Assembly (NCBI GenBank): GCA_964527765.1
Contig: CAZGQR010000001.1
Location: forward strand, 246,353-310,352
Length of the DNA stretch: 64,000 nt
Direction of reading: 5' to 3'
From: an uncultured Planctomycetia bacterium
GTDB lineage: Bacteria; Omnitrophota; Gorgyraeia; Tantalellales; Tantalellaceae
This document shows positions 58,629 through 64,000 of the stretch, one piece after another (within the stretch, counting starts at the first letter, position 1; the number at the start of each line of letters is the position of its first letter). Below the pieces are notes generated by a model, which made no database searches, was not told the DNA's origin, and was given only the letters and a program-made list of their open reading frames with translations. Made by a program: the position numbers and the translations under genes.

Positions 58629-60101
58629 TTACACCCTGCCTCTGCGCTCTTCGAGTTTCCTGCGGATCTCCTGGGTTTTTTGTTTTGTCAAAGGCACGCG
58701 CAGAACAAAAATAATAGCGATCACGAGGCCCACGATCGGTACAGAAGCCAGACTCAAGCGGATCCCGAGTATGGTCTTAGGCGCCTGCACCGTAAGTTTC
58801 CAGGTAAAACCCACCCATGTCAAAATAAGACCGGAAACCCAATACCCTAATGAATTCCCCAGTTTAAGGATATAGGAAGCACAGGAGGTAAAAGAACCTT
58901 CCCTTCTTTCATGTGTATTCAGCTCATCGTCGTCAATAATGTCGGCTCCGATGGAGCTATGCAGCATCCAGAGAGAAGCCGCACACATCCCCATCAGACC
59001 CGAAGCGACCGTTTGCAGCCAGATGATCTTCGGCGTATACAGGAACCAGGAACCGCCGTAACCGCATATGCCTATCAGGCAGGCTACAACTGCCGCATGA
59101 CGTTTGCCGATATGATGCGCAAGAAACGCGTGCAGCGGAACCCCTGTAAGGCCGCCCAGCATAAAAGCCACGCCCATCCAGAACTGCCAGTTATCTCCGA
59201 TGATCTTGTTGCCGCCGGCTACATAAAAAACCGTGGCATAGTAACCAAGTGAGCCTACCATGCTCGTACCCAAAGTGAAAGCGCCGCCCATGATCATCAT
59301 CTGGCGGAACGATCTGTTCCTGAGCGTCTCACCAAAACCGCTCAGGATAGAGATCTTCTCTTTAACGTTCAGCACCACTTTGTCATAGTAGCGTTCTTTT
59401 GTTTTTAAGAAGATCGTTATGGCAAAAATGGCCATTACCACGCCGAATATCGCTGTGTATACCTGCAATCCCAGGAGAGTATTTTTTTGTCCTGTTCCCG
59501 GGATAAGGAACCAGGCCAGGTTGGTGAACCGCAAAGCGTAAAAATTGACCAGTTCCGAGATCTTTTGGGCTACACTGCGATAGGCCATGATGGAGGTACG
59601 CTCTTCATAATCAGGCGACATTTCCGCGCCCAAACTGTAGTACGGCACGGTAAAAGAACTGATTATGGGAATATAGATCATGTTGGACAGTATCATGTAC
59701 CAGAACACCACGGATACGCCGAGGAATTGTATATTCGCCCAGGACGGCGATACCAGGAACAAGACCGGCAGGCCCAGTCCGCTTAAAATACCGGCGATCA
59801 GAATAAAAGGACGCCGGCGGCCCCATTTGCTGCGCAAGTTATCGGACAGCCACCCTACCAGAGGATCAACAATGGCGTCAAAGACCCGGATCAACGTAAG
59901 CGCCAGACCCACGAGCCACGGCGGAACACCCAGATACATGTTGAAAACCGCAAAAGCTACGGACGCGTACAGCCAGAGGCCCCACATATCGAGTGCCGTA
60001 CCAAGACTATAGAATAACTTCGTGGGGACCGGGAGGTGATCGCGCCAGGTTTTGTTCCCGGTAACAACATTAGCTTTTTGCGCTGGGTTAGCTTCTTGCA
60101 C
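58629..60101 (-). CDS. GPH-family (MelB-like) MFS sugar transporter
   Basis: DAIVDPLVGWLSD..RSKWGRRRPF, PY.SLGAEM..DY.ER and D.DEL.T..RREG motifs; about 12 TM helices. Confidence 0.92.
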   Translation of the reverse strand: MQEANPAQKANVVTGNKTWRDHLPVPTKLFYSLGTALDMWGLWLYASVAFAVFNMYLGVPPWLVGLALTLIRVFDAIVDPLVGWLSDNLRSKWGRRRPFILIAGILSGLGLPVLFLVSPSWANIQFLGVSVVFWYMILSNMIYIPIISSFTVPYYSLGAEMSPDYEERTSIMAYRSVAQKISELVNFYALRFTNLAWFLIPGTGQKNTLLGLQVYTAIFGVVMAIFAITIFLKTKERYYDKVVLNVKEKISILSGFGETLRNRSFRQMMIMGGAFTLGTSMVGSLGYYATVFYVAGGNKIIGDNWQFWMGVAFMLGGLTGVPLHAFLAHHIGKRHAAVVACLIGICGYGGSWFLYTPKIIWLQTVASGLMGMCAASLWMLHSSIGADIIDDDELNTHERREGSFTSCASYILKLGNSLGYWVSGLILTWVGFTWKLTVQAPKTILGIRLSLASVPIVGLVIAIIFVLRVPLTKQKTQEIRRKLEERRGRV

Positions 60102-60137
60102 TGTATTTCCTCCTTTTCCTTTTTTTGCGGATCGATC

Positions 60138-61115
60138 TTAACGATTATAACATGCGTCGATAAGCCGCTCTAAGCTTGTGGTAGCCACGCATTGAACCGT
60201 ATCAGCGCCGCCGTAATAAATTTTGATCTCGCCGTTATCCTCCGCCACAGCCCCGCAGGTAAACACCACGCTGGGAGTCTGTCCCACGAGTTCGTATTGC
60301 TCCTCGGGGATCAGGATCGCGTCCTCAGACATGGCCTTGACTTTTGACGGGTCCTCCAAATCCAAAAGGCACACGCCTAATTGATAAACAAGGTGCGATT
60401 TGCATTGACTGCGCACTCCGTGAAAAATGCTCAACCATCCCTCGGGTGTCCTGATGGGGGTGGCTCCCGGCCCGATCTTTGTCCAGGCCCAGCGGATCCC
60501 CTCCCAGTTCCTGAACACGCACTTACTCTTTCCCCAAAAGATCAGATCCGGGGAATAAGACACCCAGATATCCCCGGTATCGGCCCCGGTATTGGGCCGG
60601 TCAAGGCGCGCGTACAAGCCGCCTATCTTCTCCGGGAAAAGCACCCCGTTGCGGTTATCTGTTTCAGAGATGAACCCCATCCACTGGAATTTCTCGAAGT
60701 CCTTTGTCTTCACCAGGCTCAGCCGGCAGGTGTGGCCTGAGTGCGCGGCATGGACTATGTAATACGTATCTCCGATCTTCGTCACGCGCGGATCATAATA
60801 CATGCCGGTGGTGTATTCCTTAAATTCCGGGTCATCATGGGGCATATCAACCGCCTTTGGCCGCGGTTTAAAATGATAACCGTCCGCGCTTTCCGCGATC
60901 CAAAAACGGTCAGCCAAAGCGGAATTCTCCACCCGGCAGACCATTATGTAAACACCATTGTGTTTCACGATGCCGGAATTAAAAACAGTTTTAATATTGG
61001 CCTCGGCGGGAAAATCCTTACCTGTCAAGATAGGATTGCCCTTATACCGCTTGCATATAGGATACTTTTTTGTGCTCACGTCTAACACCTCCGAATCTGT
61101 ATTCAAGCCTGACAC
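60138..61115 (-). CDS. GH130 beta-mannoside phosphorylase
   Basis: NPIL..VFNSG, YDPRV, NRNGVLFPEKI, KIG.G..PI.T.EGWL..HGV, VVF.CG and YYG.AD motifs; start GTG 61115 or 61079. Confidence 0.9.
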   Translation of the reverse strand: MSGLNTDSEVLDVSTKKYPICKRYKGNPILTGKDFPAEANIKTVFNSGIVKHNGVYIMVCRVENSALADRFWIAESADGYHFKPRPKAVDMPHDDPEFKEYTTGMYYDPRVTKIGDTYYIVHAAHSGHTCRLSLVKTKDFEKFQWMGFISETDNRNGVLFPEKIGGLYARLDRPNTGADTGDIWVSYSPDLIFWGKSKCVFRNWEGIRWAWTKIGPGATPIRTPEGWLSIFHGVRSQCKSHLVYQLGVCLLDLEDPSKVKAMSEDAILIPEEQYELVGQTPSVVFTCGAVAEDNGEIKIYYGGADTVQCVATTSLERLIDACYNR

Positions 61116-61145
61116 CTCCCAACCCCCTTGCGCACACTGTTCTTA

Positions 61146-61949
61146 TTAGGTAATATCCAGCCACTCTGTATCGGCCCTATTCCATTCCAAAACCGTATGT
61201 CCCCTATCCTCAAAGAATGCCCGGACTTTTCCCTCATCGTATTTTAGCAGGTCCTGAAGAATAGGCACCAAGATAGAAAGAACGTTATCGGATATTACGC
61301 TTCTGCGGCAGATGTGCCCCATGTAAGGCGCCGGGGAAACGGTTATGGTATACCCCTGGTAGGACCTAACGTGTAACATCACATGGACATCGCTTGAACC
61401 GTCACCTACATAGATAATGGCATACCTGGTGACATTCTCTTTTTGCTTTAACATGTCAAGAGTGGATACTTTCGCGTGCCCGGCATTGGTCCTTTCAACA
61501 TCCTGGACGATGCCGTTTTTGTAAATAAAGGTCGTGCCGTAGATGTTTTCAGCGGGGAATATGTCTTCCACGGCCTTCTCGACACATTCTTTAGGCGCCG
61601 CGGATATTATATACGGGCTGAAATGGCAATCGTCAATTCCTTCGGTCAGGATCTTTATGAGTTCCGGAACCCCCTTTTTCAGCTCGATCTCTTCCCCTAC
61701 TTCATAAAGAAGGTCTTTACTTACTTTCCCGGCATAATCAGGGTCCCGGCTTATCAAATGCGCGAGTTCCCCGCCGAGCTGCACGATATTCCTGCGTTGT
61801 ATTTCCGCGATCTTACGGTCGAACTGCTCGGCAGATATCCCCAGCTTTGAGCTCAGTATATACCCCACATCCCCTTTAGAAAGCGTCTTGTCGAAATCAG
61901 AGACGAAGAGAATTTTTTTCTTCATTTCAGCGCACTCCTTTTTAGCCAT
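61146..61949 (-). CDS. HAD-superfamily (IB-like) phosphatase
   Basis: SDFDKTL (motif I), ISAA (II), K (III) and YVGDGSSD (IV). Confidence 0.85.
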   Translation of the reverse strand: MAKKECAEMKKKILFVSDFDKTLSKGDVGYILSSKLGISAEQFDRKIAEIQRRNIVQLGGELAHLISRDPDYAGKVSKDLLYEVGEEIELKKGVPELIKILTEGIDDCHFSPYIISAAPKECVEKAVEDIFPAENIYGTTFIYKNGIVQDVERTNAGHAKVSTLDMLKQKENVTRYAIIYVGDGSSDVHVMLHVRSYQGYTITVSPAPYMGHICRRSVISDNVLSILVPILQDLLKYDEGKVRAFFEDRGHTVLEWNRADTEWLDIT

Positions 61950-62027
61950 CCATTAAAGGTTATTAGTTTATCATCCGCGTGCCCAAATCACAACATAATT
62001 TTTGACGTTATGACAGGATATAGCCCG

Positions 62028-62053
62028 GTCAACGGTCTATTGTCAATGGTCTA
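62028..62053. repeat. 12-bp direct repeat upstream of the mannoside islet
   Basis: GTCAACGGTCTA (62028-62039) and GTCAATGGTCTA (62042-62053), 14-bp period; each overlaps a TTGAC(A/C) -35-like hexamer on the minus strand. Confidence 0.6.
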
Positions 62054-62057
62054 CTGC

Positions 62058-62894
62058 CTAACTGAGGTATTCTATTAACCCAAAAAGCCTCTGCCGGAGC
62101 TCGCCTCTATGCACGATCATATCTATAAGACCGTGTTCCAGCAGGAACTCCGAGCTCTGAAAACCGTCAGGAAGGTCCTGCTTTATGGTCTGCTTGATGA
62201 CCCTGGGCCCTGTAAATCCGATAAGAGCTTTCGGCTCGGCTATGATCACATCTCCAAGAGAGGCAAAACTGGCCATGATGCCGGCCATGGTGGGATTGGT
62301 AAGCACCGATATAAATGCTCCGCCGTTTTTATTCAATTTTTCAAGCGCGGCGCTTGTCTTGGCCATCTGCATGAGAGAAAGCATTCCTTCGTACATCCTG
62401 GCCCCTCCGCCGGAACCTGAAATGATGATCAGAGGGATCTTCTCCCTGTCAGCATGTTCGATCAGCCTGGTTATCTTCTCCCCGACCACGGACCCCATGG
62501 ATCCCATGATAAAGCGGGAATCGGTAACGCCCAGGGCAACGCGCCTTGTCTCTATGCGTCCCTCTCCGACAACGGCCGCCTCCTTCAATCCGGTCGCCTT
62601 CTGATCTTTCCTTATTTTGGTCGGATAGTCGCTCGGGCCCTTGAATTTCAAGGGATCGCCGCTTATCATATCCTTGTACATTTCGCGGAACGAACCCGGA
62701 TCCAGAACGACACTTATCCTCTCATAAGCGCCTATCGTGAAATGATAACCGCATTTTGAGCACACTTTCAGATTATCCTTGAGAGTCTTGTTATACAGAA
62801 GTTCCCCGCACCCGGGACACTTGGTCCATAACCCTCCGGGGATCTCCTTTTTTCTGGCTCCGCCAAATATGGGTTTTTTCTTGAAAAAAGCCAT
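62058..62894 (-). CDS. accD: Acetyl-CoA carboxylase carboxyltransferase beta subunit
   Basis: LW.KCP.C...VC.KC.YH zinc finger, F.MGSMGSVVGEKI, GGARM.EG..SLMQMAK and FQ.SEFLL motifs; start ATG 62894. Confidence 0.97.
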   Translation of the reverse strand: MAFFKKKPIFGGARKKEIPGGLWTKCPGCGELLYNKTLKDNLKVCSKCGYHFTIGAYERISVVLDPGSFREMYKDMISGDPLKFKGPSDYPTKIRKDQKATGLKEAAVVGEGRIETRRVALGVTDSRFIMGSMGSVVGEKITRLIEHADREKIPLIIISGSGGGARMYEGMLSLMQMAKTSAALEKLNKNGGAFISVLTNPTMAGIMASFASLGDVIIAEPKALIGFTGPRVIKQTIKQDLPDGFQSSEFLLEHGLIDMIVHRGELRQRLFGLIEYLS

Positions 62895-62933
62895 CGCCCT
62901 CCCATAGGCCTTTCCGGGCAATGTGGCGCCCTT

Positions 62934-64000
62934 TTATCCCTCGGCCTTTACTTTTACTTTTTCAAATCTGTTGATCACAAGTCCCGTCAGAAGCTTGGGA
63001 TAAAAATATGTGGATTTTTGCGGCATCATCTCCCCAAGCTCAGCCACGGCCTTAAGCTGTTCCACGCGCGTCGGGTTCAGAAAGAACGCTCCCGTATGGC
63101 TCCCGTCCCTGACCAGAGATTCGGCGTCTTCCGGGTCCTTGACATAGGTGATATTCCCCTCGGCGTTACTGATCGATAAAATGCCGTCAAACACGGCTGA
63201 ATGTAATACGCTCACATCCAGCTCCTTCCACTCCGCCGGTTTCTTTTCCGTGACAAGCTTTAGCAAACCGCTCCTATCTCTGGGGCTCATAAAAAAGTAC
63301 CTGTTCCCGCCGAAAAAGCCGAAAGTGTTGCCTTCCGCGATCGACCCTTCGAGCCGCTCCATGAGAGCGGAGAGGCCGTCGCATTCCGCAATATCAAAAT
63401 ACTTGCCCAGTTTTGCCGCGACTTCGTCTTCATCCGCCGCCGGCATCACTTTTATGACTCTATGCGTAGCCATAACGGTCAGGCTGTCGCGCTCCAAGAG
63501 ATCCGTGAAATACATCATGACATGGTCAGCGCTGCCGTTATATCCGTTCTCCCGTTTCCGCATATCCCGGTAAGCCCTGGCAACCTCGTACCTGTGGTGA
63601 CCGTCCGCTATGAACACTTTTTTGCCGGCCATCCCGGAAACTATTTTCTTAACGGATCCCTCATCCGAAAGACGCCAAAGTTTGCAGCGCTCCCCGTCTA
63701 CCTCGGTATCAATGACCGGATTCGACGAGGATACGGCCTTCTCCAGTATCTCTTTGAGCGTCCCGTTCTCATCCTCATATAAGGTAAATATCGGGCTGAG
63801 ATTGCTCTCGACCTGCTTTATCAGGTTCATCCTGTCTTCCTTGGGCTTGGCATGCGTATATTCATGAGGTAAGACCGGGTCGCTGCCGGGGTCTCCTATT
63901 TTCATAAGCCCCATAAATCCTGCCCTGCGATGCCTTTTCCCCTTATAGTCATATTCCTGCAGATAAATGTAAAAAGACTCGCTGTCATCCCTTACCAACA
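62934..64000 (-). CDS. DUF1015 family protein (5' end beyond window)
   Basis: PHE.T..PK.DR, IADGHHRY and MPQKSTYFYPK motifs. Confidence 0.9.
   Translation of the reverse strand, partial: LVRDDSESFYIYLQEYDYKGKRHRRAGFMGLMKIGDPGSDPVLPHEYTHAKPKEDRMNLIKQVESNLSPIFTLYEDENGTLKEILEKAVSSSNPVIDTEVDGERCKLWRLSDEGSVKKIVSGMAGKKVFIADGHHRYEVARAYRDMRKRENGYNGSADHVMMYFTDLLERDSLTVMATHRVIKVMPAADEDEVAAKLGKYFDIAECDGLSALMERLEGSIAEGNTFGFFGGNRYFFMSPRDRSGLLKLVTEKKPAEWKELDVSVLHSAVFDGILSISNAEGNITYVKDPEDAESLVRDGSHTGAFFLNPTRVEQLKAVAELGEMMPQKSTYFYPKLLTGLVINRFEKVKVKAEG

Overview
A 64-kb bacterial chromosome segment in which all ~57 credible genes lie on the minus strand. Gene content, co-orientation and the diderm LPS machinery suggest a PVC-group organism, possibly Ca. 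Omnitrophota; this is inference only. Reading in transcription order from high to low coordinates, the genes are: DUF1015, accD, then a three-gene islet (HAD phosphatase, GH130 mannoside phosphorylase, GPH/MFS sugar transporter) ending at a tRNA-Ser 3' fragment. Next come an orphan MalK/UgpC ATPase, two membrane GAF-GGDEF diguanylate cyclases and lptD, followed by an LPS/surface-glycan cluster (ugd, rfbCABD, a nucleotide-sugar dehydrogenase, two SDRs, DegT, WcaJ-like, WaaL, GT2/GT9, a GT-C, gmhB). After that: an MGDG-synthase-like GT, udg, a PilZ protein, priA, fmt, a B12 radical SAM, gap-pgk-tpi-secG, oppABCDF, leuCDB-asd-truA, a small AbrB-family operon, rplM-rpsI, argCJBDFGH-lysA-dapF-dapA-dapB. 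Most of this is housekeeping. Four things stand out. (1) A compact, probably autoregulated two-gene module (57-aa AbrB/MazE protein plus an unannotated, translationally coupled 58-aa basic protein) sits between truA and rplM behind a near-consensus promoter overlaid with a palindromic/tandem operator. (2) At least four families of intergenic palindromic elements occur; two have two copies in opposite orientation, and several share a tandem-GA mini-hairpin pattern. (3) A tRNA-Ser att-like scar bounds the mannoside islet. (4) c-di-GMP genes bracket the envelope cluster. No database searches were run; calls rest on motif recognition.
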